Below, in pieces: positions 9,991 to 17,768 of a stretch of 64,000 nt of DNA. The DNA is from Clostridia bacterium. GTDB taxonomy: Bacteria > Bacillota > Clostridia > Oscillospirales > Acutalibacteraceae. The DNA lies in contig JAGALQ010000025.1 of NCBI GenBank assembly GCA_017625095.1, forward strand, positions 73,086 through 137,085. The letters run 5' to 3'. Made by a program: the position numbers and the translations under genes. The notes beneath the pieces were generated by a model. It ran no database searches. It saw nothing but the letters and a program-made list of their open reading frames with translations, and was not told the origin of the DNA. The number at the start of each line of letters is the position of its first letter. The first letter of the stretch is position 1.

Positions 9991-9994
9991 AAAA

Positions 9995-10621
9995 TCACTG
10001 TTCTTTTTTCTTTTCTGTTTCCTGCTTTTTTCTCATTTTTGAGCGGAAACGTATCACGAACCACAGAGCCGTAATAACCTGAAGAATTGCGGCTATGATG
10101 AAAATAAAGTTCATATCATCAACCGGGAACGTAAGACGCACACTTATAAAAACGCTCCATATAAGTCCGCTGAACGTGAGCAGTCTTGCAAGAAGATTCC
10201 ACCACAGCTCGCTGAAAATGAGCATAACAACAAGCGAAACAGGAACGGCATAAACAAAAAGAATCCACGACATTTCGCTCCAAACATCAAGCAGACGAAG
10301 CACAAAAAACGCAATTGAAGCAACGAGAAAAACCACGCCGACGGACAGCAGCGGAATAACTATACGGTTGGTAAGATAAGGTTTTTTTCTGGGCAGCTTC
10401 GGCTTTTCGTCGCTGACAATATCGTTGAGCGTGACGCCGAAAAGATCAGCTATTTTCTGCAGCACGACTACGTCCGGTACGCCGTCGCCACGCTCCCATT
10501 TTGAAATTGATTTATCTGAATAGTTAAGCTTTTCCGCAAGCTCAGCCTGAGTAATTTCCGATGCCTTACGAAGCTCCGATATATTCTTTGCGATGTTGCT
10601 TCTGAGCTGTTCTTCCGTCAA
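9995..10621 (-). CDS. Membrane-anchored XRE-family HTH regulator (N-terminal HTH, about 4 C-terminal TM helices)
   Basis: ITQAELAEKLNYSDKSISKWERG HTH_3 motif followed by hydrophobic helices. TTG start with an AAGGTGGTGA RBS. Confidence 0.75.
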   Translation of the reverse strand: MTEEQLRSNIAKNISELRKASEITQAELAEKLNYSDKSISKWERGDGVPDVVVLQKIADLFGVTLNDIVSDEKPKLPRKKPYLTNRIVIPLLSVGVVFLVASIAFFVLRLLDVWSEMSWILFVYAVPVSLVVMLIFSELWWNLLARLLTFSGLIWSVFISVRLTFPVDDMNFIFIIAAILQVITALWFVIRFRSKMRKKQETEKKKEQ

Positions 10622-10873
10622 GCTATCACCACCTTCGTTTTTCTATGCCGGCTATTATATCATACCGTTCCAAAAAAATCAACCTCTCAAGCCCTTGATT
10701 CTGCGTGATTTCTACCGTGAGTAGAGTTGTTTTCCAAAACTCTACCGGGACGATTTCACTCAGTAGAAACTGTTTTTTCATCAATAGGGTGACTTATGCA
10801 GAGACTAAGAGTATTATTGTGGCATTGGTGCAACAATATATGCATCACAAGCTGCAATCAGAAATGGAAGGTT

Positions 10874-12547
10874 ATGAAAATGGCAAAGGTTAACTACAAC
10901 TACTACAACGTTACAATGGTTTCATCCATAAGCGAAATGATGGAGCTCGCGCTCAAGGAAGCACCGAACAGAATCGCCTACAAGTACAAGGTCGGCGATG
11001 AAATTAGAAGTCTCACATTCAGCAGTTTTATCGACCGTGTTTATTCACTCGGCGCATTCCTCACCTCAAAGGGTGAATCGGCAGGCAGAATAGCCTGCCT
11101 CGGCTCAAACAGCATCAGCTGGATTACGGCTTATTTCACAGCACTTCGCAGCAGCGGCGTATATGTTCCGCTCGATGCACAGCTTCCCGAAAAGGATATC
11201 CGTCACCTGCTTTGTGACAGTAAAGCAACCGTACTCTTTTATGACAAACGCTATGAAAAAATGCTCAGAGAGCACCGTGATGAACTCAGCGGCATAAATT
11301 TCTTCATCGGCTTTGACCGCGATGAAGATGACGGCGATTTCTTATCATTCAAAAGCGCAATCGCTCAGGGCGCAGAGATGGACAAAAGCGAATATCTCGC
11401 CTGCACAAGCGACCCCAATGCAATGAAGCTTCTCGTCTACACATCAGGCACAACAGGAATGTCAAAGGGCGTTATGCTCAGCGAAAAGAATCTTGTTTCC
11501 TGCGTTTGCTACGGTCTTCAGGTTTCGACGGTTTTTGATATCGGTCTTTCCGTCCTCCCCTACAGCCACACTTACGAGAGCGTTGCAGACCTGCTTGTTT
11601 CTTTCCACAAGCACTCCACACTCTGCATCAACGAAAGTCTCAAGGCTGTGGTCAAAAACCTCAAGCTCTATCAGCCCGAATACATCTACATCGTGCCCGC
11701 AATTGCTGAGCTTTTTGTCAGCAGAATTACAAGAGAAATTGAGAATCAGGGCAAAACAGAGATGTTCGGTCTGCTCATAAAAATGAGCAATTTTCTCAGA
11801 AAAATCGGCATTGATAAGCGCAGAAAGCTTTTTGGTATGATTCACGAAAACTTCGGCGGAAACCTTCGCAAAATTGTCTGCGGCGGTGCTGCAATACGTC
11901 CAGAAGTCGGCGAATTTTTTGATAACATCGGTATCAGCCTTATCAACGGCTACGGCATAACAGAGTGTTCTCCGCTCGTTTGTGCCAACCACGATGACGC
12001 CAACGATTACCACACCGCAGGCATAAAGCTGCGCTGTATCGACTGGCGCATTGAAGAGCCTGACGAGGATGGTGTAGGCGAAATCTGCATTAAGGGCGAC
12101 ACCGTAATGCTCGGCTACTACAATAACCCCGAAGCTACGGCAGAAGCAATTGTTAACGGTTGGTTCCACACAGGTGACTACGGCTATATCAACGATAAAG
12201 AGCAGCTTATCATCTGCGGCAGAAAAAAGAACGTTATCGTGCTTGACAACGGCAAAAACATCTACCCCGAAGAAATTGAAGGCTATATCCAGGGCATTGA
12301 TTTCGTAGCCGAAGTTGTCGTCAGCGGTGAAAAGAGCGAAAGCGGCAACGCAAGCTCACTTATCGCAGAGGTGTTCCTCAGCGAAGAGAAGCCTGTTACC
12401 GAGGTTCTAAAACGCATCCGCGAGGCATGCAAAGAGCTTCCGATTTACAAACAGATTTCAAACGTAAAGATCCGTGACACTGAATTTGAAAAAACAACGT
12501 CAAATAAAATAAAGCGTTTCACAGGTGATAAAAAGAAAAAGGACTGA
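10874..12547 (+). CDS. AMP-dependent synthetase / long-chain-fatty-acid--CoA ligase family protein (paralog 1)
   Basis: AMP-binding motif YTSGTTGMSKGVML, GYGITE and the GDTVMLGYYNNPEAT...WFHTGD core. Start moved to ATG 10874 (GGAAGG RBS) from the longer track ORF. Confidence 0.8.
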   Translation: MKMAKVNYNYYNVTMVSSISEMMELALKEAPNRIAYKYKVGDEIRSLTFSSFIDRVYSLGAFLTSKGESAGRIACLGSNSISWITAYFTALRSSGVYVPLDAQLPEKDIRHLLCDSKATVLFYDKRYEKMLREHRDELSGINFFIGFDRDEDDGDFLSFKSAIAQGAEMDKSEYLACTSDPNAMKLLVYTSGTTGMSKGVMLSEKNLVSCVCYGLQVSTVFDIGLSVLPYSHTYESVADLLVSFHKHSTLCINESLKAVVKNLKLYQPEYIYIVPAIAELFVSRITREIENQGKTEMFGLLIKMSNFLRKIGIDKRRKLFGMIHENFGGNLRKIVCGGAAIRPEVGEFFDNIGISLINGYGITECSPLVCANHDDANDYHTAGIKLRCIDWRIEEPDEDGVGEICIKGDTVMLGYYNNPEATAEAIVNGWFHTGDYGYINDKEQLIICGRKKNVIVLDNGKNIYPEEIEGYIQGIDFVAEVVVSGEKSESGNASSLIAEVFLSEEKPVTEVLKRIREACKELPIYKQISNVKIRDTEFEKTTSNKIKRFTGDKKKKD

Positions 12548-13392
12548 TGCAAATGCAAAGACAGCAGTACTCAGATTGGTTGGTTGCCTCAGATATCGAC
12601 GGCACGCTACACTCAAAGCTGCGCACACTCCCGGAAGTAAACAAAAGAACCATAAGCGAATTTATGTCACACTGCGGCAACTTCACGCTTGCCTCAGGCA
12701 GACCGGTCCGCTCACTCGAGCGTGCCTACCACAGAGTTGAACCTAATTGTCCTGCAATAATACTCAACGGCTCAGGCATATATGATTTTCATAAAAATGA
12801 GATTGTGTGGAAAAAAACGGTTTCACAGCCCGGCAGAGATTTTGTTAAGCAGATGCTGAAGAAGTATTCACGTGGTTTCAACCGCCTTGAAGTCGGCATT
12901 TTCGGACTCAAAAAGGTTTATATCGTGCGTGCAGGTATCCTCTCTCTGGGTCAGGTCATCTTTGACAAAGTGCCCTACACTGTCACAGATATCGATTCCG
13001 TGCCGGATGACGATTGGTTCAAGGTTATTTTCTGGGGCAACCCTCTTACTCTTAAAAAGCTTCGCAAGGATGCAAAAGAGGCAAAGAGTGTCGGCAACTT
13101 TATGGAATCATCCGTTGTAACCTACGAGATGCTTGAAACGGGTGTGCACAAGGGCACTGCAGTGATGGAGCTTGCAGAAATACTCGGCGTTGATCCGAAG
13201 CACACAGCCGCAATCGGCGACTATTACAACGACTGGGATATGCTTCAGACAGTAGGTTTCCCTGCTTGCGCAGGTCAGGCTCCCAAGCCGATACACAGAA
13301 TTTGCAAATATGTCGCCTGCCACTGCAACAAAGGCTGTGTTGCAGACCTGCTCAACCTGATTATGAGCGGCAAAGCAAAAGAGCTTATGTAA
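12547..13392 (+). CDS. Cof-type HAD-IIB family hydrolase
   Basis: The DIDGTL nucleophile motif and C-terminal GDYYNDWDM motif are typical of HAD-IIB. Its ATG overlaps the upstream stop (TGATG). Confidence 0.75.
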   Translation: MQMQRQQYSDWLVASDIDGTLHSKLRTLPEVNKRTISEFMSHCGNFTLASGRPVRSLERAYHRVEPNCPAIILNGSGIYDFHKNEIVWKKTVSQPGRDFVKQMLKKYSRGFNRLEVGIFGLKKVYIVRAGILSLGQVIFDKVPYTVTDIDSVPDDDWFKVIFWGNPLTLKKLRKDAKEAKSVGNFMESSVVTYEMLETGVHKGTAVMELAEILGVDPKHTAAIGDYYNDWDMLQTVGFPACAGQAPKPIHRICKYVACHCNKGCVADLLNLIMSGKAKELM

Positions 13393-13408
13393 CTCTTTAT
13401 TATTAATC

Positions 13409-13437
13409 TTGACAAAAGAGTTTATTAGATTTATAAT
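13409..13437 (+). promoter_or_regulatory. Consensus sigma-A promoter of asnA
   Basis: TTGACA (13409-13414), 17-nt spacer, TATAAT (13432-13437). Confidence 0.7.
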
Positions 13438-13508
13438 TTATTAATGTGGTTCGATGCGCTGTGGAATTGTTCCGCAGTGCATCACTCTCTTTAAAGGAGC
13501 TTTTATTA

Positions 13509-14516
13509 ATGAGCAAAACAATTTTGCCCGCAGGCTACAAATCAGCCCTGAGTGTACACGATACTCAGATTGCAATCGGTTCAATCAAATATATCTTCAA
13601 CAAAAACCTTTGCAAGGCGCTCAATCTCAGCCGTGTTTCAGCACCGCTTTTTGTTGACGCAAGCACAGGTTTCAACGACGACCTCAACGGTGTTGAGCGT
13701 GCAGTTGCCTTTGACATAAAGGAAACAGGCGGTATCGCTCAGGTTGTTCATTCACTTGCAAAGTGGAAGCGCTATGCGCTTTATAAGTACGGCTTCTCAA
13801 TCGGCGAAGGCATCGTTACGGATATGAATGCAATCCGCCGCGATGAGGAGATGGACAACATCCACTCAATATACGTTGACCAGTGGGACTGGGAAAAGGT
13901 AATATCACGCGAGCAACGCAACGTCAGCTTCCTCAAGGAAACGGTTGACGGCATTGTCGGCGCAATCTGCGACACCTTTGACAAAGTTAAAGAAACCTAC
14001 CCCGCAATCTCCGTAAATCTCAACAGACAAGTCAAATACATCACAACATACGAGCTTGAAGCGCTTTATCCCGATATGACATCAAAGCAGCGTGAAAACG
14101 CAATTGCCAAGGAATACGGTACAGTCTTCCTTATGCAGATCGGTGACGTGCTAGCATCAGGCGAAAAGCACGACGGACGTGCTCCCGACTATGACGACTG
14201 GACTCTCAACGGCGACCTCCTCTTCTACAACGAGGTGCTCGGCTGTGCATTTGAGATTTCATCAATGGGCATACGCGTCGATGCTGATGCACTCCGCTCA
14301 CAGCTCAACAAGGCAGGCTGCCCCGAAAGAGCAGAGCTTATGTTCCACTCCCTTCTGCTCGATGGCACACTTCCGCTCACAATGGGCGGCGGTATCGGTC
14401 AGTCACGTCTTTGTATGTTGATGCTCGGCAAGGCTCACATAGGCGAGGTTCAGGTTTCAGTATGGGACAGCGAAACTTCACGCATCTGCCGCGAAAACGG
14501 CATTGAGCTGCTTTAA
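13509..14516 (+). CDS. asnA: Aspartate--ammonia ligase (asparagine synthetase A)
   Basis: MSKTILPAGYKSALSVHDTQIAIGSIKYIF... and the class-II aaRS-like core (GGGIGQSRLCMLML) are characteristic of AsnA. AAAGGAG RBS before ATG 13509. Confidence 0.85.
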   Translation: MSKTILPAGYKSALSVHDTQIAIGSIKYIFNKNLCKALNLSRVSAPLFVDASTGFNDDLNGVERAVAFDIKETGGIAQVVHSLAKWKRYALYKYGFSIGEGIVTDMNAIRRDEEMDNIHSIYVDQWDWEKVISREQRNVSFLKETVDGIVGAICDTFDKVKETYPAISVNLNRQVKYITTYELEALYPDMTSKQRENAIAKEYGTVFLMQIGDVLASGEKHDGRAPDYDDWTLNGDLLFYNEVLGCAFEISSMGIRVDADALRSQLNKAGCPERAELMFHSLLLDGTLPLTMGGGIGQSRLCMLMLGKAHIGEVQVSVWDSETSRICRENGIELL

Positions 14517-14551
14517 TAATTTCGAATTCCACCTACAAAGGAGAACATAAA

Positions 14552-15466
14552 ATGAAACATTTACTCAAGCTTTCTGACCTTTCAAAGCAGGAAATTATCG
14601 ACATACTTGACCTTGCAGATCAGCTCAAGTATGCAAAGAAAAACGGCATTGATCACAAATACCTTGCAGGTAAAACGCTTGGTATGATATTCCAGAAATC
14701 ATCCACAAGAACCCGTGTATCCTTCGAGGTCGGCATCTATGACCTTGGCGGCAGCGCACTCTTCCTCAGCTCACGCGACCTTCAGATCGGCAGAGGTGAG
14801 CCCGTTGAAGACACAGCACGTGTTCTCTCCCGTTATCTTGACGGCATTATGATCCGTACATTCGACCAGGAAGAGGTTGAAACCCTTGCAAAGGTCGGCT
14901 CAATTCCGATAATCAACGGCCTTACAGACTATTGCCATCCTTGCCAGGTTCTTGCAGACCTTATGACAATCCGCGAGCACAAGGGCTCACTTGAGGGTCT
15001 CAAACTCTGCTACGTAGGCGACGGCAACAATATGGCAAACTCCCTCATCGCAGGCTGTATCAAGGTCGGCATGAAGGTAAGCATCGCCTGCCCCGACGCA
15101 TATCAGCCCGATGCTGAGCTTATGAAGTGGGCAAGTGAAAACGGCGAATTCTGCTGCACAAGCGACATTGCCGCTGCTGTTAAGGACGCTGACGTTCTCT
15201 ACACTGACGTATGGGCTTCCATGGGTCAGGAGGGTGAAGCTGAGGAGCGCAAGAAGATCTTCAAGAACTTCCAGATCAACGATGAGGTTATGGCTCTTGC
15301 AGCCGATGGCGCAATGGTTCTTCACTGCCTGCCTGCTCACCGTGAGGAAGAAATCACCGCAAAGGTATTTGAAGAGCACGCTGACGAAATATTTGACGAG
15401 GCTGAAAACCGCCTGCACGCACAGAAGGCTGTTATGGTCAAGTGCATGGGCGACGGCACTCACTGA
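14552..15466 (+). CDS. argF: Ornithine carbamoyltransferase
   Basis: STRTRVSFE, CHPCQ, DVWASMGQE and HCLPAHR motifs. Confidence 0.85.
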   Translation: MKHLLKLSDLSKQEIIDILDLADQLKYAKKNGIDHKYLAGKTLGMIFQKSSTRTRVSFEVGIYDLGGSALFLSSRDLQIGRGEPVEDTARVLSRYLDGIMIRTFDQEEVETLAKVGSIPIINGLTDYCHPCQVLADLMTIREHKGSLEGLKLCYVGDGNNMANSLIAGCIKVGMKVSIACPDAYQPDAELMKWASENGEFCCTSDIAAAVKDADVLYTDVWASMGQEGEAEERKKIFKNFQINDEVMALAADGAMVLHCLPAHREEEITAKVFEEHADEIFDEAENRLHAQKAVMVKCMGDGTH

Positions 15467-16164
15467 TGCGCCGCGTATTCTCACAAATTTTAAATCTGTT
15501 TTTTCCTGCCCGCTGTCCTGTCTGTAACGAGATAGGACAGCGGCATCTGCATTTGTGCGAGCAATGCGAAAAGAGCGTTGAACGCGTTACTGACAGATGT
15601 CTGGGCTGCGGTCTGCCACGCACAGGCTGCCGCTGTTCACACAACAATTTTTCGCTGTGCCTTGCCTCACCTTTTCTCTATAAAGATAATGTGCGCAACG
15701 CAATTCACCGTTTCAAATTCGGCGGAGAAACCGATCTTTCAACATACTTCGGCAAAGAGATGGCAGAGTGTGTTGCATTCGAATTCGGCGACGTTAAATT
15801 CGACGTTATAACCTGCGTGCCACAGACAAAGCGCAAGCGCCGCAAACGAGGCTACAACCAATCTGCACTGCTGGCAAAGCAGATTTCGCGTGAGCTTTCC
15901 GTTCCTTTCAATGAGCTTCTGCTTTTCAAAACACGTGAAACCGCAGATCAGCACGATCTGCGCGGTAAGGACAGACTCAAAAACCTCAAGAACGCATTCG
16001 CGGCAGAAAATGAAGATGCAGTAAACGGTAAAACCATTCTGCTGTGCGACGATATCAAGACGACGGGCGCAACACTCAACGAATGCCGCAAGACGCTGCT
16101 CAAAGCAGGCGCAAAAGCTGTGTGCTGCACGACGGTTGCGGTAACTCCGGAGAAGATTACATAA
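15466..16164 (+). CDS. comFC: ComF-family protein (phosphoribosyltransferase-domain, ComFC-like)
   Basis: N-terminal CPVC...CEQC and CLGC Cys clusters plus a C-terminal PRT motif ILLCDDIKTTGATL. The ATG overlaps the argF stop (TGATG). Confidence 0.75.
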   Translation: MRRVFSQILNLFFPARCPVCNEIGQRHLHLCEQCEKSVERVTDRCLGCGLPRTGCRCSHNNFSLCLASPFLYKDNVRNAIHRFKFGGETDLSTYFGKEMAECVAFEFGDVKFDVITCVPQTKRKRRKRGYNQSALLAKQISRELSVPFNELLLFKTRETADQHDLRGKDRLKNLKNAFAAENEDAVNGKTILLCDDIKTTGATLNECRKTLLKAGAKAVCCTTVAVTPEKIT

Positions 16165-16189
16165 CAATCTGTCACGGACAGATTGTTAT

Positions 16190-16372
16190 GTAGCGATATA
16201 AATTCCTTCGGAATTTTCGATATATTGCTTTGCAATCCGATATACCTTACGGTGCGATATGTGCTGCGGCACACGGAGAATTTATATCATATCGCAGGCG
16301 AGTAAAACGAGCCTATATCGAATTTTGCCGGAAGGCAAAATATATCGCGTGACCGAAGGTCACATATAGCTA
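16190..16372. repeat. Family A intergenic repeat cluster, locus 1
   Basis: Four (T/C/G)CGATAT(A/G) motifs on the left and four ATATCG(A/C)/ATATAGC motifs on the right. Each is separated by a short GC stem with a tetraloop: AATTCC-ttcg-GGAATT, ATTTTGCC-ggaa-GGCAAAAT, GTGACC-gaag-GGTCAC. Confidence 0.7.
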
Positions 16373-16380
16373 CAACAAAA

Positions 16381-16425
16381 AACGGAAGATGCTTCTGCTG
16401 AAACATCTTCCGTTTATTTATTGTT
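16381..16425. terminator. Bidirectional intrinsic terminator (comFC side / metallophosphoesterase side)
   Basis: Stem AACGGAAGATG / CATCTTCCGTT with an A6 run upstream and TTTATTTATT downstream. Confidence 0.75.
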
Positions 16426-16432
16426 ATGCTAT

Positions 16433-17701
16433 TTATTTAATCGGGTCTGACTGCATACCGAAGCAGTTTTCTGCAACTACCTCAAGAACATAATCGCCGT
16501 CGGGCAGATTCTCGAGTTTGATTGTAACGGTATCGGGCACGTCGTAGTTATAATACTCGGGCAGAGTTTTACCTACGGGTATTCTGTTGCCTTCAGCGTC
16601 AACAGCGTATGCCCTGTACATAAATATCGGCATACCGTCCTTTGACTCAGCAGCAGCAAAAGTCACCTTTTTGCCCTTTATATAAAGTGTTGTGCCCGCT
16701 TTGAATTCGGGCTTTCTTGAGCGGAGCAACTGAGCTGCTCTGCTGTATGAACGGTCAAACGGAGTGTTGAGGTTATATTCGCAAAGGTATTCTTCTGCGC
16801 CAAGGTCAACAGCTCTCAGGCGGATACGGTTGTTTGCGTCAACCTCAACAACCCAGAAACTTGCAACCTTCTTATGTCCCTGCGGATGAACGGTGCGCTC
16901 ATCGTCAACAGTCAGCTCAACATAGTAAAGTCCGCCTGTGCCGACAGCTGTAAAACCGCCCTGCCAGATTGAACGGGCATCGTTAATCGGGTAATGTGAA
17001 TGACCCGAGAAATCGACAACCTGAGGATATTTCTCAAGAATATCTCTGAAATCAGGCATACCCCAGCCCTCAAAATCGGAGCTGCCGTAAACGGTGTTTG
17101 AAACGTGCTCGTGATGAACAACAAATATCGGCTTTAACGGGTCATCCTTGACAGCCGCATCAAGCTGCTCCTTGAGCCAATCCTTCTGATACTGGCTGTA
17201 GTGCTCGCCGCTCGTTGCGGTAACAGAAATTCCGATAAAGTGGAAGCCGTTTATAACCTCGTGGAAATCGGTCGGCTGACCTGTTATCTGTGTAAAATAC
17301 TCGCCTGCAGCGGTGTTGCCCATAGAGCTGCTGTCGTGCGACTTTGCAATAACGGAGAGTGCCTTTGTGCCGTCTTTAAGCACTGCATCCTGAGCAGCCT
17401 TGAAGCTTGCAAAGCCAAGCTTTGTGCCGTCATCGGTGAGGTCGCCTGCCATAAGCACCGCATCAAGCTTGTTGTACTCTTCATCTTTTTCGGCAATGTC
17501 ATAGCCGAGCTTAATCATTTTCTCAATTCGTGTTGTCTGTGTATCGCCGACAGTTGCCACGTGAGAATCACTGCTGATTATAAAGCGCATAACAGGAGTA
17601 AATTCACCCGTATCTGCAGGAGCTTCAGGGGTTACAAAAACCGATGTAATTGAAGCTAAAAACGTGAGAAACGAAAGGAAAAAAGCTACTATTGAGTTCA
17701 T
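16433..17701 (-). CDS. Secreted calcineurin-like metallophosphoesterase
   Basis: Signal peptide; metallophosphoesterase motifs SDSHV, GDLTDDG, VVHHEH and GHSHYP. AAGAGGA RBS. Confidence 0.75.
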   Translation of the reverse strand: MNSIVAFFLSFLTFLASITSVFVTPEAPADTGEFTPVMRFIISSDSHVATVGDTQTTRIEKMIKLGYDIAEKDEEYNKLDAVLMAGDLTDDGTKLGFASFKAAQDAVLKDGTKALSVIAKSHDSSSMGNTAAGEYFTQITGQPTDFHEVINGFHFIGISVTATSGEHYSQYQKDWLKEQLDAAVKDDPLKPIFVVHHEHVSNTVYGSSDFEGWGMPDFRDILEKYPQVVDFSGHSHYPINDARSIWQGGFTAVGTGGLYYVELTVDDERTVHPQGHKKVASFWVVEVDANNRIRLRAVDLGAEEYLCEYNLNTPFDRSYSRAAQLLRSRKPEFKAGTTLYIKGKKVTFAAAESKDGMPIFMYRAYAVDAEGNRIPVGKTLPEYYNYDVPDTVTIKLENLPDGDYVLEVVAENCFGMQSDPIK

Positions 17702-17719
17702 ATCAATATCCTCTTTCTT

Positions 17720-17762
17720 TTAGTAAACGTCGGGCAGGCAACTCACCCGCCCGACGTTTTAA
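17720..17762 (-). terminator. Hairpin downstream of the transporter gene (weak U-tract)
   Basis: Stem ACGTCGGGC (17727-17735) / GCCCGACGT (17749-17757). Only a short T run follows on the minus strand. Confidence 0.45.
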
Positions 17763-17768
17763 TGCTGT

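Noticed and set aside
9666-9994. T-box riboswitch upstream of ileS
   Set aside because: It is expected from Firmicutes biology. By eye I found no T-box consensus, no specifier-loop/GA-motif stem I and no terminator/antiterminator pair. I did not call it, and a covariance-model search is still advisable.
10796-10873. Long N-terminal extensions in track ORFs (10796, 13446, 15442, 30073, 35470, 52665, 56732, 58153, 63148 on plus; 42535, 45100, 46237, 55919, 56612, 63096 on minus)
   Set aside because: In each case an internal start codon is preceded by a GGAGG-like RBS at proper spacing, and the protein family N-terminus begins there. The extensions cross promoters or upstream genes.
11462-12169. 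235-aa ORF antisense to acyl-CoA ligase 1, and the analogous 209-aa ORF at 31048-31677 antisense to ligase 2
   Set aside because: Both mirror the same conserved AMP-binding region of the sense genes. This is a codon-bias artefact with no start context.
16190-16372. Possibility that the family A arrays are CRISPR arrays
   Set aside because: The repeat unit is only 7 nt and spacers are 7-27 nt long and themselves palindromic. Orientation flips mid-array, and there is no leader or cas gene. This is incompatible with CRISPR.
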